A stretch of 64,000 nt of DNA from Candidatus Dojkabacteria bacterium (GCA_016932045.1 JAFGDO010000010.1:1759-65758), one strand, 5' to 3'. Numbered from the stretch's first letter, positions 1-10,825 are shown. Notes: generated from the letters alone by a model not told the origin. A program made the numbers and translations.

Positions 1-3
1 TCC

Positions 4-936
4 ATGAATGACTACCTAGACACGCTCAACGAATACGAAGAATATGATACAGATGAAATGATGGAAGACTTTAATATTAAGCTTACAGATAAAGAACTGG
101 AAGAAATTGAGAACATCCTGAGAAGTGAAGAACTTACAGGAGAGGTTAGATGGGAAAGTGCGAAAACATTTAATGGAAAAAGAGCGAAGTGTTATAGTAT
201 GAATTGGGAAGAAAAAGATATCGAAGCCATTGTTGAAATGGTTAAAGATTCAAACCTGCTTGCAGATGAATTTGATGAAGATAATTTCAAAGAATTCTCA
301 AACAGTATATCAACATTAAAGATTACCCAATGTACTGACAGGAAAAACGACAATCTTTATGAACTTTCAATCTTTGCTGAATTGAAACAACAAATAAATG
401 CCATTTCTTTTGACTCGTGGTCAGACACTTCAAAGAAAGAGGAAACAAAAATTGAACTAACAGCAACAATTTTATACTCTGACTATGGAAAAACATTTGA
501 CATTGAGATACCAAAAGATGCAGTTGATCTGACTGAATATATGAATGAAGCATTAAATACATACGACTTGGATAGCGGGAACACAAACGGTTTTGAGTAC
601 AACTATGACTTTGACAACTATGATTTTAGTGAATATGAATACTACTATCTATACTACGACTCGACACAGGTTGAAAGCCAGGAGCTAATTGCGTATCTGC
701 GGGATAATGATATTTTTAACGAACTCGATTACATGCTTTCTTCATATGATCTAACGATCGAGTCGTGGGCGAACGATTCTTTAGAGTATGAATGTGATCA
801 GAAGAATATCTCTCCGTGCAATCCGCCGATTCTTAAAGTCATCAGTAACTGGGAGAACCTGGACGACTTTGAGCTCATTGTAGGCAAAGAAGAAGTTATT
901 GGCTACCTTGAGAGTAAATTGAGCGAGTCTACATGA
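4..936 (+). CDS. Hypothetical acidic protein, probably 5'-truncated by the window edge
   Basis: 310 aa ORF, very D/E/Y-rich, no recognisable motif. Confidence 0.6.
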   Translation: MNDYLDTLNEYEEYDTDEMMEDFNIKLTDKELEEIENILRSEELTGEVRWESAKTFNGKRAKCYSMNWEEKDIEAIVEMVKDSNLLADEFDEDNFKEFSNSISTLKITQCTDRKNDNLYELSIFAELKQQINAISFDSWSDTSKKEETKIELTATILYSDYGKTFDIEIPKDAVDLTEYMNEALNTYDLDSGNTNGFEYNYDFDNYDFSEYEYYYLYYDSTQVESQELIAYLRDNDIFNELDYMLSSYDLTIESWANDSLEYECDQKNISPCNPPILKVISNWENLDDFELIVGKEEVIGYLESKLSEST

Positions 937-1052
937 CAATTCACACAAATATATTGACTCCACTAATTGTGTGACAACAAGGTATCATACTAACTGTTCA
1001 TCTTCAAAAATCCCTGCTATAATTTAATTCGTTTACTTTACTCCTTTCGAAG

Positions 1053-2039
1053 ATGGATCCTATCATTGAAGTCGAAAATTTGTGTAAGTACTACAAGCAA
1101 CACAAAAAAGAACCGGGCCTCAAAGGTTCTATAAAGGCTCTATTTAAAAGAAAGTACAAGACAATTAAGGCGGTAGATAAAATCTCATTTACCATAAATA
1201 AAGGGGAAATGGTCGGCTTTATTGGCCCAAATGGGGCAGGGAAGACAACTACACTAAAGGTCCTATCTGGACTTCTATACCCAACTTCTGGAGAAGCTAA
1301 AGTGTTGGGGTATGTTCCTCACAAAAGACAACCCGAGTATCAGAAACAATTCTCGCTTGTAATGGGACAAAAAAATCAACTCTGGTGGGATCTTCCTGCT
1401 ATTGAATCATTCATCTTAAATAAGGAGATATATGAAGTACCCGATAATCAATACAAAAAAACAGTAAATGAGCTTTCAAGCCTTCTTGACGTAAAAGATA
1501 TACTTAAGGTTCAGGTAAGAAAACTTTCGCTCGGTCAAAGAATGAAATGTGAACTCATTGCAGCTCTTCTACATTCACCTAGAGTTCTATTTCTTGACGA
1601 ACCTACAATCGGGTTGGATGTTGTGATGCAAAAGAAGATTCGAGAATTTTTTAAAGAATACAATCAGCTCTACAAAACAACTGTTATACTTACAAGTCAC
1701 TATATGGATGACGTAAAGGAGCTGTGCCAGAGGATCATAATGATCAATAAGGGAAAAATCGTTTACGACGGTGATCTTGAACAAATCATCAAGAAGTATG
1801 CAAGAAATAAGTACATAAAACTGATTTTCCTTAAGGAAGTAGAGAAAAAAGATATTTCTGAGTACGGAAAAGTAGTCGAATATGAGCCGTTAAAAGCCAC
1901 AATTGCAGTATCACGCCATGTTACTCCCCATATTGCCTCCGAAGTCCTCAAAAAGCTCCCTGTGGACGACGTTGACATTGCAGAACCGGAGCTTGAGGAT
2001 ATCATTAGGGTGTTATTCCAGACAAAGAAGAAAATCTGA
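1053..2039 (+). CDS. ABC transporter ATP-binding protein (ABC-2/NatA-like)
   Basis: Walker A GPNGAGKTT, signature LSLGQRM, Walker B LFLDEPT, H-loop TSHYM. Confidence 0.92.
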   Translation: MDPIIEVENLCKYYKQHKKEPGLKGSIKALFKRKYKTIKAVDKISFTINKGEMVGFIGPNGAGKTTTLKVLSGLLYPTSGEAKVLGYVPHKRQPEYQKQFSLVMGQKNQLWWDLPAIESFILNKEIYEVPDNQYKKTVNELSSLLDVKDILKVQVRKLSLGQRMKCELIAALLHSPRVLFLDEPTIGLDVVMQKKIREFFKEYNQLYKTTVILTSHYMDDVKELCQRIIMINKGKIVYDGDLEQIIKKYARNKYIKLIFLKEVEKKDISEYGKVVEYEPLKATIAVSRHVTPHIASEVLKKLPVDDVDIAEPELEDIIRVLFQTKKKI

Positions 2040-2167
2040 AACTGATAAATAGAAAATTTCCCCATCATTCTTATCGAACGTAGGAGAAAAATAATATCTG
2101 TATCTTCTACATCATGCCAAAATCAGAAATTCTAAAGAATAAGTTTCAAATAAAAACTAAACCCAAA

Positions 2168-2468
2168 ATGACTAGATCTAAATATTTAAGATCTAGAAAA
2201 ACGAACCATTTCCTTTTCAAAAGAAATAATTGATTTTTGTAAGACGTTACCAAAGAATTACATAAACATGAGTATAATAAAACAAGTTCTTCGATCTTCA
2301 ACGTCAATTGGTGCAAATTATAGGGAAGCAAATGAAAGCTATACAGAGAGAGAGTTCAAACATCAAATAAGAATTTCTAAAAAAGAAGCAAAAGAAACAA
2401 GTCACTGGCTTGATCTACTATTACATGCAAATCAAAGTAATAAACGCTTGATAGTATGGGGAATATAA
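2168..2468 (+). pseudogene. Four-helix-bundle (23S rRNA IVS-like) protein, frameshifted and C-terminally truncated
   Basis: Frame from 2190 reads DLEKRTISFSKEIIDFCKTLP...QVLRSSTSIGANYREANES...KEAKETSHWL, typical of the family; ATG at 2168 is out of frame, TAA at 2187 is in frame, last helix missing. Confidence 0.8.
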
Positions 2469-2518
2469 AGTCACCTTGTTTTTAATTTAGGATTTATTTG
2501 GAACCTAAGATTTAGTAC

Positions 2519-2905
2519 TTAGAATTTATCCCTTATATACGGCCAGAAAATCATAACTGCAAGTATCACATCCATTATAGCAACAGCAAGAACAGCTGCA
2601 GCAGCAAGATCTTTAATTTTTTTTATCACAGAATGAAATCTTTTCAGCTCTCCGAGTACTTCGATACTAGTATTCATAAGTTCGGCAGAAAGTGTAATCC
2701 CGATACAAAAGATTATAATTATCCACTCTAACTTTGTTATAGGAAATATTATTCCTGCAATAATGACACCAGCCATAGCAATAAGCTCAATCTGGAAGTT
2801 TAATTCATGGTTAAAGGCTATAGACAGACCAGAAAAAGCTGCCCTGTAACTTCTCAGGTGTTTCTTCGTTTTACTACTAATAATTTTTGTAAAACCCATA
2901 CTCAT
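2519..2905 (-). CDS. dgkA: Diacylglycerol/undecaprenol kinase family protein
   Basis: AFSGL...ELNFQI...AELMNTSIE...KIKDLAAAAVL, three TM segments. Confidence 0.88.
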   Translation of the reverse strand: MSMGFTKIISSKTKKHLRSYRAAFSGLSIAFNHELNFQIELIAMAGVIIAGIIFPITKLEWIIIIFCIGITLSAELMNTSIEVLGELKRFHSVIKKIKDLAAAAVLAVAIMDVILAVMIFWPYIRDKF

Positions 2906-3132
2906 CTTCTAAAGATAATACTTATGATAGAGAACAGTATAATAATAGGCTCAATTAATTTCAAATCACCTTTCGTCGGCAAGATAACTTCACCAACCTG
3001 CTCCTTCATCCTTTCCGCTAAGAATCTTATAATGCCAATTGGTGCGGCTATACAACCCGAAGAGTTTTCCTTTGCTTCAAGGCGCAGATTCCAGCTTCTA
3101 TTCCGCCAGCTTTGTATAGTAGCAGTCTCCAT
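2902..3132 (-). CDS. Hypothetical small protein with C-terminal hydrophobic segment
   Basis: 4-nt overlap with the dgkA start suggests translational coupling. Confidence 0.5.
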   Translation of the reverse strand: METATIQSWRNRSWNLRLEAKENSSGCIAAPIGIIRFLAERMKEQVGEVILPTKGDLKLIEPIIILFSIISIIFRR

Positions 3133-3334
3133 ATTTAGAAAAACTATTGCTACTTTAAAACGTTATTTATGTACGATCATCACAAAACTTTACTTCTCTG
3201 AGTTGAAAATAATCGACGATATATTACTTAGGAAATTATTTTCTCAAGATATAATCATAAATTCTTCTGACTAAAATTGACAAAATAATGCACCTAGCAT
3301 TATATTTAACCGGTATATAGATTATTGCTAAAAA

Positions 3335-4408
3335 ATGCTGACTGCCCATCAAGTAAAAAAAATGCCGAAGGTTGATCTTCACAGACATATTGAAGGAAGC
3401 ATCCGACCTGCAACTATACTTGAGTACTCCCGCCTTAAAGATATTCTAGAAACAAGACAAACGCTTTCTGACTACGTTAATGCAATGCAGGTTAACGGTG
3501 AAGAAGAAAGTTTAATGGAATTCATCGAAAAGCTGGGAACAAGATTTATGCTTAAATATACAACTTGCCAAGAAGATATCGAGCGTTTCAGCTACGAAGC
3601 TTGTGAAGATGCTTCAAATGATTCTATTGTATATCTTGAATTGCGATGTTGCCCATCAAATTATATAAAGACTCCGATTTCGATCGAAGAGTTTATAGAA
3701 GGAATTTATACTGGCATACAAAAAGCAAAAGAAAAATACGGAATTAAAACCGGTCTTATAGTCTCGATAAAAAGAGAAGATCATTGGGAGATTAATCAAA
3801 AGGTTTCAAAAACAGTTATCGACTTCTTCCAAGAAGGAAAAGTAAATGGAATTGACCTTTGCGGAAACGAACCTATGTTTCCGGCAAGAGAGTATAAAGA
3901 TCTTTTTAAAGAATTCTATAAACGAGGTATTCCGATTTCAATTCATGCGGGAGAAGAAAAAGGTGCCAAGGGATTAGAGAATATAAAAGATGCAATAACA
4001 CTGCTCCATGCAGATCGAATCGGCCATGGTACTTTTGGAACATCTTCGCAAAGAATTATTTCACTTATAAAAGAGGAAGATATATTATGCGAGTTATGTT
4101 TAACAAGCAATGTACATACGAAACTTATTGAATCTGTTAGAAAGCACCCGATCTTTAAGTTTCTCGAATGCAAAGTACCTGTTTCAATAAATACCGACGA
4201 TCCAATAACATCAGGAATCACGCTAACTAAAGAATATATAAACCTAATTAAATATTACAATTTTAGCATCAGAGACTTCAAGAAGATCAACCTGGATGCA
4301 ATCAAATACTCGTTTCAGACCAAAAGGGAGAAAAAAGCTATCAAAAGAAGCTTTATGCACAAGTTCGATGAGTGGAGATACTTGTTGCTTGATAAGTATC
4401 TGATATAA
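3335..4408 (+). CDS. add: Adenosine deaminase
   Basis: PKVDLHRHIEGS, IHAGE, RIGHG, CLTSN, NTDDP motifs. Confidence 0.92.
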   Translation: MLTAHQVKKMPKVDLHRHIEGSIRPATILEYSRLKDILETRQTLSDYVNAMQVNGEEESLMEFIEKLGTRFMLKYTTCQEDIERFSYEACEDASNDSIVYLELRCCPSNYIKTPISIEEFIEGIYTGIQKAKEKYGIKTGLIVSIKREDHWEINQKVSKTVIDFFQEGKVNGIDLCGNEPMFPAREYKDLFKEFYKRGIPISIHAGEEKGAKGLENIKDAITLLHADRIGHGTFGTSSQRIISLIKEEDILCELCLTSNVHTKLIESVRKHPIFKFLECKVPVSINTDDPITSGITLTKEYINLIKYYNFSIRDFKKINLDAIKYSFQTKREKKAIKRSFMHKFDEWRYLLLDKYLI

Positions 4409-4517
4409 GCTATATGCTGTCTGCTTTCAGCCTACAACTTGCAGCTATACAGCTGTTTCCCCTTTTCCTTCTGGACTTTTGCCTTTTGCCTTATTCTCTG
4501 CTATCATCCGTTCAAGT

Positions 4518-4583
4518 ATGAGATATTTAGTAACTATGAATAAAAACTCCTTACAAACCGCTTCAGCCCCGAAGGGGGCCTAA
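4518..4583 (+). other. Candidate short leader ORF (MRYLVTMNKNSLQTASAPKGA) upstream of alaS
   Basis: TTGCCT-17-TATCAT promoter at 4479-4507; three Ala codons in the last 7; GCCCC-GAAG-GGGGC hairpin at the 3' end. Confidence 0.35.
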
Positions 4584-4691
4584 TTTTCTACACCTTTAGC
4601 ATTTTTCATATAAATTCTCTATAATAAAGTTATTCTTTAATGCTACATTTTTCATTCTTAATTTATAATTCTTAATTTTTAATCAGACAAA

Positions 4692-6626
4692 ATGAACTCT
4701 CTTGAAATCAAGAAAAAATTTATAGAATTCTTTAGATCAAAAGGGCATAAAGAAATCCCGAATGTGCCATTAATTCCCGAAAACGATCCAACATCGCTTT
4801 TCATCATGGCCGGTATGCAGCCCCTTTCGCCATATTTTGGAGGAGAACCGCATCCTACAGGCGATAAACTTGTTAATATACAAAGATGTGTCCGAACAGA
4901 TGATATTGAAGAAGTAGGTGATACTATTCATCAAACTTTCTTTGAGATGTTAGGCTATTGGTCACTTGGAGCATATTTCAAGAAAGAGGCCATCGAAATG
5001 TCTTTTGAATTTTATACTTCACAAGAGTGGCTCGGATTAGATCCAGAAAGAATTTATGCTACGGTATTTGAAGGCGATAATGATGCTCCACGCGATGAAG
5101 AAGCAATAGAGATCTGGAAAAAAATCTTTAAAAATGTTGGTATAAGAGCTGAAGTTTATGACAAAAAGAAAAAAGACAATAGTTCCGCAAGAATTTTCCC
5201 GTTAAATAAAAAAGAGAATTGGTGGGGACCAGTAGGAGAAAGTGGTCCCTGCGGTCCTGATAGCGAATTTTTCTATTGGAGGGGGAAAGACAAACCTGAC
5301 TTTTCAGAATTTGTTCCTTATGACAATTCAAATATGTTTATTGAAATAGGAAACGATGTTTTCATGGCATATAATAAAACTAAGGAAGGAAAATACGAAC
5401 CTTTAAAGCAGAAGAATATTGATTTTGGCGGAGGAATGGAACGAATAGCTTTAGTCTGTACGCTAAGAGAAAAGGACGGTTCAGTTCCGTATAATTTCAC
5501 TAATTTTAATACAGATTTATTTGATACGCCTCTCTCGTATCTTCGAAGCCTTGTTGAAGATGAAAGCAGAAAGTCCACAAGAGAAGAGAATGAAGATGCA
5601 GAAAATATTACAGAATTTGATCTTACACTAACTGATTTCAACAACCCCAGCCAGGCTGTTAAGGCTTTCAGAGTTATTCTTGATCACACAAGAGCTTGTA
5701 CTTTCCTTGTCGCAGATGGTATCGAGCCGTCAAACAAAGATCAGGGCTATATACTTCGAAGACTGTTGAGAAGATCAGTAAGACACGCAAAGTTAATAGG
5801 CATAGAGGGCACCTTTACCAAAGATATTGCTAAACTTTACATTGATAAATACAAGATCCAATATCCTCATCTTGCTGATATGCAGAACAAAATTCTGAAT
5901 ATCTTAGAGAAGGAAGAGATAAATTTTGAGAATTCAATAAAAATCGGTGCCAAAGAAATAGATAAACTTGAAGCAAGCGGGAAAAAGATTACCGGAAAAG
6001 ATCTTTTTAATATCTTCGAGACCTATGGCTTTCCAATTGAAATGGCATTAGATGAGTTAGGCATAGAGAAGGACGAATTACGAATGAAATATCAGAGGGA
6101 ATTTGATAAGGCAAAGGAGAAGCATCAAGAACTATCAAGAAAAGGATCTAAAGGAAAATTCAAGGGGGGATTAGCCGATTCCTCTGAAATTACAAAGCGG
6201 TATCATACCGCAACACATCTTTTACTTCGTGCTTTACAGGAAGTTCTTGGAGATCATGTACATCAACGAGGCAGTAACATAACAGAGGAAAGATTAAGAT
6301 TCGACTTCTCTCAAAGTGAACAATTAACAGATGAGCAGAAAAAAGAAGTTGAGAGACTTGTAAATGATAAGATAAAGGCAGGATTAAAGGTTCTAAAAAA
6401 GGTGATGCCGAAAGAGGAGGCTCTAAAAATCGGAGCTGAATGTGAATTTCCAGAAAAGTATCCCGATCAGGTTTCAATTTACGAGGTTGAAGGCTTCACA
6501 AAAGAATTCTGTGGAGGGCCTCATGTTGAAAACACCAAAGAACTTGCAAAGTCCGGCAAATTTAGGATAATAAAGGAAGAGAGTGTTGGGAGTGGAGTGA
6601 GAAGGATAAAGGCAGTATTACAATGA
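4692..6626 (+). CDS. alaS: Alanine--tRNA ligase, short form lacking the C-Ala domain
   Basis: NDPTSLFIMAGMQPL, HQTFFEMLG, GPCGPDSE, editing HTATH and FCGGPHV; ends at GVRRIKAV. Confidence 0.97.
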   Translation: MNSLEIKKKFIEFFRSKGHKEIPNVPLIPENDPTSLFIMAGMQPLSPYFGGEPHPTGDKLVNIQRCVRTDDIEEVGDTIHQTFFEMLGYWSLGAYFKKEAIEMSFEFYTSQEWLGLDPERIYATVFEGDNDAPRDEEAIEIWKKIFKNVGIRAEVYDKKKKDNSSARIFPLNKKENWWGPVGESGPCGPDSEFFYWRGKDKPDFSEFVPYDNSNMFIEIGNDVFMAYNKTKEGKYEPLKQKNIDFGGGMERIALVCTLREKDGSVPYNFTNFNTDLFDTPLSYLRSLVEDESRKSTREENEDAENITEFDLTLTDFNNPSQAVKAFRVILDHTRACTFLVADGIEPSNKDQGYILRRLLRRSVRHAKLIGIEGTFTKDIAKLYIDKYKIQYPHLADMQNKILNILEKEEINFENSIKIGAKEIDKLEASGKKITGKDLFNIFETYGFPIEMALDELGIEKDELRMKYQREFDKAKEKHQELSRKGSKGKFKGGLADSSEITKRYHTATHLLLRALQEVLGDHVHQRGSNITEERLRFDFSQSEQLTDEQKKEVERLVNDKIKAGLKVLKKVMPKEEALKIGAECEFPEKYPDQVSIYEVEGFTKEFCGGPHVENTKELAKSGKFRIIKEESVGSGVRRIKAVLQ

Positions 6627-6689
6627 AGTGGAGTAATAACCATATAGCAATATAACAGCCTAGATATCTAACGATTTAACTATACTTCA

Positions 6690-7277
6690 ATGATCACTAT
6701 CGGCATCCAAGGCGGCAAAGGTTCATACAATGAGGAAGCCTGCAATCATTTCTGCAAAGTAAATGGTATTAAAGATTATGAAATTAAATACCTCTTCACT
6801 ACAGAAAAGGTTCTTGAAAACTTACATTTAGGAAGAATTGATTATGCACAGTTTGCTATAGAGGATCCTTCGGGAGGGATTGTAAATGAATCAATTGACG
6901 CTTTAACAAAATATACATGCAAAATTATTGATAAATTTAAGTATCCCATGAACCACTGCTTGCTTATTCATAAGGACGTTTCAATGGATGATGTGAAAAC
7001 AGTAATGACACACCCGCATATTTATAAACAATGTATAAATACACTTAAAGAAAAATACCCTCAATTGGAAGTAAAGATTGGAAAAGGTGACTTAATAGAC
7101 CAATCAAAAGTTGCGGAGAAAATCTCTGAGGGTGATATAGATAAAACAACTGCTGTCATAGGCTCTAAGCTTCTCGCAGAAATATACAGCAATTTAAAGG
7201 TCATCGAAGAAGGAATACAAGACTCAAAGGATAACTATACAACTTTTATGTTCTGCAAGAGAAGATATATCATCTAG
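6690..7277 (+). CDS. pheA: Prephenate dehydratase domain protein without ACT domain (paralog 1)
   Basis: IGIQGGKGSYNEEA, MTHP, IQDSKDNYTTF. Confidence 0.78.
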   Translation: MITIGIQGGKGSYNEEACNHFCKVNGIKDYEIKYLFTTEKVLENLHLGRIDYAQFAIEDPSGGIVNESIDALTKYTCKIIDKFKYPMNHCLLIHKDVSMDDVKTVMTHPHIYKQCINTLKEKYPQLEVKIGKGDLIDQSKVAEKISEGDIDKTTAVIGSKLLAEIYSNLKVIEEGIQDSKDNYTTFMFCKRRYII

Positions 7278-7525
7278 TAGCCAATCTCCAACAACCAATA
7301 TCCAATATTCAATCGTCAATTTAGTAACTCACAACTCATATCTGTTAACCTACTACTTCCCTATTTAACTATAAACTATCCAGCCACATATCCATCCGAC
7401 TATGTGACTATCTTTATTTTCACCTCTTCGCTTTTTGCTGTTCGCCATTTATACTGAGTGGAGTCGAAGTATTTGCTATTTGCAATTATCTTGTATTGAA
7501 ATCCTCTTTCAGCTAATATAAACCC

Positions 7526-8194
7526 ATGTCAAAACTGCCTGATCATAAAACAATTTATCTAGTAAGACATGCCCAGACCAAAGGGAATTTTAAGGGGAAC
7601 TGGCTTGGTGCCCGCTCGATTGATGAATTGAATGAGTATGGGAGAAAACAAGCCCGTTTTACAGCAGAATATCTTCTGGAAAGGAATGTAAATGCCTCGA
7701 AAATATTCTCAAGTCCCACTCCAAGAGCTCTTCAGCACGCAGAGATCTTGCAGAAAAGACTCGATCTCCCGATTGAGAAATTAAACTCGCTAACGGAGAT
7801 AAATCTGGGAATACTTGAAGATAGAACGAGGGATGAAGGTTTAAGACTTGTGCCTGAAGAAGTCCACGATTGGCACACAAATCTTACTCGATTTGAGCCT
7901 CCACTCGGTGAATCTGCAATAGAGGCAGCTGAACGTTTTTACGAAATTGTAGAATTAATAACTAAAAATTATCAAAAGCCAGATCTTATATTTGTTTCTC
8001 ACGGAGTTGTAATCAAACTATTTTTGGCAAGAATACTTAAATCCTCCATAGAAACTGCTGAAACAAAAATTAAAGTTCCCTGGACCACACACGGTACAAT
8101 AACGATAGCTGGTTATGAAAAACAAGGTTTTAGGTTCCAAAGAGTTGTCCAGAATAAGTACCCCGACAGTGAGAGAATCGCCGCTTTTGGATAA
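7526..8194 (+). CDS. Histidine phosphatase family protein
   Basis: LVRHAQT, SSP..RA, GES, FVSHG. Confidence 0.88.
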   Translation: MSKLPDHKTIYLVRHAQTKGNFKGNWLGARSIDELNEYGRKQARFTAEYLLERNVNASKIFSSPTPRALQHAEILQKRLDLPIEKLNSLTEINLGILEDRTRDEGLRLVPEEVHDWHTNLTRFEPPLGESAIEAAERFYEIVELITKNYQKPDLIFVSHGVVIKLFLARILKSSIETAETKIKVPWTTHGTITIAGYEKQGFRFQRVVQNKYPDSERIAAFG

Positions 8195-8277
8195 AAAACA
8201 CATTATATTTCCACCCGTGTAACCTTCTAGACAGAGTCATCTCGAACGAATTCAAATATATTGAATGATAATAAAAA

Positions 8278-9066
8278 TTACTGGACTTTTATAGTTTGAA
8301 TAGATAAATCTGTATATTCCATTAACTTTTCATCCATATAATGGAGATAGGAGATAAGGAACACTCTTTGTTGACTATCAAATATATATACCTCTGTTAA
8401 AGGAACGCCCATGGGTTCATTTGGACATAATGCTCTAATTACGGTCTTATCTCCAATTTTAAAGTTTTTATCCACACTACAACCTGTTTTGTAGCTCTGA
8501 TATGTTTCATAAAACTCATTTAAGGACAATTTTTCAGGATTTTCCCAAACATCCCAACGAATAACGATCTCATTGCCATAGTCATTATTTATTTCAAAAC
8601 CTACTCTGATAACGTTTGGATCAGAAACTCCAGGATTATCTATAATCTCCCTTTCAGCTCCCGACCCGTTGTGCTTAAAAGAGATTCCCCATTCATTATT
8701 TGTGTATGTTTTCCATCCAGCATAAGGATCTTCACTTATAGTAGTTACCTGCTGACTTTCATTTTGTTCCTCGCTTTCTCCAGACTCATCTTCTTTCTCT
8801 TCTGTTATAGTTGTAGTTGTTGTTGTCGTTTCAATTATAGATTCTTCTTCATTTTTCTTTCCTTTCCCAAGTATATAAGCTATAACTACAATAACTATAA
8901 ACAAAATCAATAATACTGCTATCAATAATAATTTCATAACCCTCTTTTTGCCTTTTGAATCATTATTAATTTTTATATCCTGATTCTCTTTTTCTAAAGT
9001 TATTCTAGAAGAACTTGACTGTAAACCCTTTTGAAATTTTTCATTCATTGAAGAATCACCCTGCAT
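8278..9066 (-). CDS. Membrane-anchored secreted protein, PsbP-like C-terminal domain
   Basis: TM helix, Thr/Glu linker, WKTYTNNEWGISFKH motif. Confidence 0.7.
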   Translation of the reverse strand: MQGDSSMNEKFQKGLQSSSSRITLEKENQDIKINNDSKGKKRVMKLLLIAVLLILFIVIVVIAYILGKGKKNEEESIIETTTTTTTITEEKEDESGESEEQNESQQVTTISEDPYAGWKTYTNNEWGISFKHNGSGAEREIIDNPGVSDPNVIRVGFEINNDYGNEIVIRWDVWENPEKLSLNEFYETYQSYKTGCSVDKNFKIGDKTVIRALCPNEPMGVPLTEVYIFDSQQRVFLISYLHYMDEKLMEYTDLSIQTIKVQ

Positions 9067-9230
9067 AGCAAACTTTTAAGAAATAAACAATAAAAATATA
9101 ATAACATAATAATTTCTATAAAGAAAAGTTACTTTTCCACACAAGTCCCGTTTAATGTCTACCATTTAGTATCAGTTTTTACTGAACAGACAAGAAGTAT
9201 TCGCCGTTATCTTTCAGCTAAATAAAAAAA

Positions 9231-9833
9231 ATGGAAAAATTGATTCCATTACTATTTATTGCTAGTTTTATACTAGCAGGCTACACCATCTTTCCAACAA
9301 TGAGCCTACTTTTAATTATATGGTTTGGCTTGTTCTTTCTAGCAAGGCATAGAAAGCTTGATAGAAAGTTAAATAAAAAAGAAGCTAAATTTTATTATAT
9401 TGTAATATTTACCTATCCCTTACTTGAAGGCATTATAAAGCTGTTAATTGTCCAAAATATCATTCCCGGTTCGTGGTTCTGGCTCAATAGGGTAGAGCAT
9501 TTTCTTTCGGCTATTGCCATAGAAGCTTTATTCTATCCTCTGCTAAAGCCGACGATTCTAAAATTAAATCAAAAAGAAGCATTCATCTTTGTTGTTTCAA
9601 CAGTTGTGCTGATTGGAAATTTTAATGAGTTTTTTGAGTATGCAATTCGTCTTCAACTAAAACTAACTGATGCTGCACGCTTTAGTGCATACTATTGGGA
9701 TACTATCTATGATATGGCAATTAACATCTTAGGGGCATCTACTGGGTTTCTTTTGCTTTGGAAGTTTTCAAGAGTAAAGCCAAAAACAGCCAGAAATTAT
9801 AATCAGAAACGGTTTCCTGAAATAATCTCATAG
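9231..9833 (+). CDS. Integral membrane protein (DUF2238-like)
   Basis: Several TM helices; NRVEHF, NEFFEY, YWDTIYDM. Confidence 0.65.
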   Translation: MEKLIPLLFIASFILAGYTIFPTMSLLLIIWFGLFFLARHRKLDRKLNKKEAKFYYIVIFTYPLLEGIIKLLIVQNIIPGSWFWLNRVEHFLSAIAIEALFYPLLKPTILKLNQKEAFIFVVSTVVLIGNFNEFFEYAIRLQLKLTDAARFSAYYWDTIYDMAINILGASTGFLLLWKFSRVKPKTARNYNQKRFPEIIS

Positions 9834-10816
9834 AGTACTCTCCCAAGCTTTTGTGGATCATGCCTGCTTAGACTTCTTTTTAGGTAATCTCCTTTATCTT
9901 TTGCTACTTCAGAATTTGATATCAGATCATCCCTTACTACTATATAATCCTCCTTATCAGTTGTGTCATCAAGAATTGGTTTTTCCCCTTCTAATTTAAA
10001 GTACTTTTGGATAATTTCCTTAGCAATCGGAGCATTATTTACAAGAACAGTATCCGGCTTACGTTTTGTATATTTAGAAATCTCATTTACTAAGTCCCTT
10101 ACTCCCATTCCACGAGTTTGCCCATTCTTTGTCATTAAGTTACTGATAAATATAAACTCCCCCTCATTCTCTTTGAATGCATCGGGAATGCCATCAACAA
10201 TAATATTGGCAAGTGTACTGGTATACGAATCTCCCGGACCGGCTATAATGAAATCCGCTTCTTTAATAGCCTTCCTAGCTTCTGGATTAGCTTTCGCTTT
10301 CGGCTTAAGGTAGAAATTCACAATTCTTTCATTTCTTTCGACTTCAGGTTCGTCAATCAAGTGCTCACCACAGATAACGTCTCCATCTTCAAATTCTGCA
10401 ACAAGCCTAACATTCTCAAGGGTCACAGGGATGACCTCCCCCGAAACATCAAATAGTTTACAACTTGCCTTTACAGCACCTAGCTCAGAACCGGTAATAT
10501 CAGATAGTGCCATCATTATGATGTTTCCCAAAGTATGTCCTTTAAACCCCTTTCCTTTATCAAACCTATAAGTAAACAATTCGCGGAATAAACCATTTCC
10601 CTTTTCGGATAATGCAATAATCGACTTTCTCAAGTCACTTAGAGGCAAAAGACCAAATTCATCTCTTACAACGCGATTGCTTCCTCCTTCGTCCATCATA
10701 CTAACTATGACACTTAAGTCTAAATCTTTGTGGTTTTTTAGTCCGGAAAGCACGGGTATAGTACCAGTACCTCCACCAATCGCAACTACTTTCTTCTTAT
10801 TTGATTTAGTTTTCAT
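9803..10816 (-). CDS. yvcK: YvcK/GlmR (CofD-like) UDP-GlcNAc-binding protein
   Basis: IGGGTG, DEGGS, SDLRK, GHTLGN, GPGDSYTS, RHDP. Confidence 0.9.
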   Translation of the reverse strand: MKTKSNKKKVVAIGGGTGTIPVLSGLKNHKDLDLSVIVSMMDEGGSNRVVRDEFGLLPLSDLRKSIIALSEKGNGLFRELFTYRFDKGKGFKGHTLGNIIMMALSDITGSELGAVKASCKLFDVSGEVIPVTLENVRLVAEFEDGDVICGEHLIDEPEVERNERIVNFYLKPKAKANPEARKAIKEADFIIAGPGDSYTSTLANIIVDGIPDAFKENEGEFIFISNLMTKNGQTRGMGVRDLVNEISKYTKRKPDTVLVNNAPIAKEIIQKYFKLEGEKPILDDTTDKEDYIVVRDDLISNSEVAKDKGDYLKRSLSRHDPQKLGRVLYEIISGNRF

Positions 10817-10825
10817 GTGTTTATT

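Noticed and set aside
2807-3274. 155-aa plus-strand ORF and the many other short ORFs overlapping long genes
   Set aside because: They are antisense or alternate-frame shadows of well-supported genes and carry no motifs.
3275-3334. Purine riboswitch before add
   Set aside because: The promoter lies within about 30 nt of the ATG, leaving no room, and no aptamer core is present.
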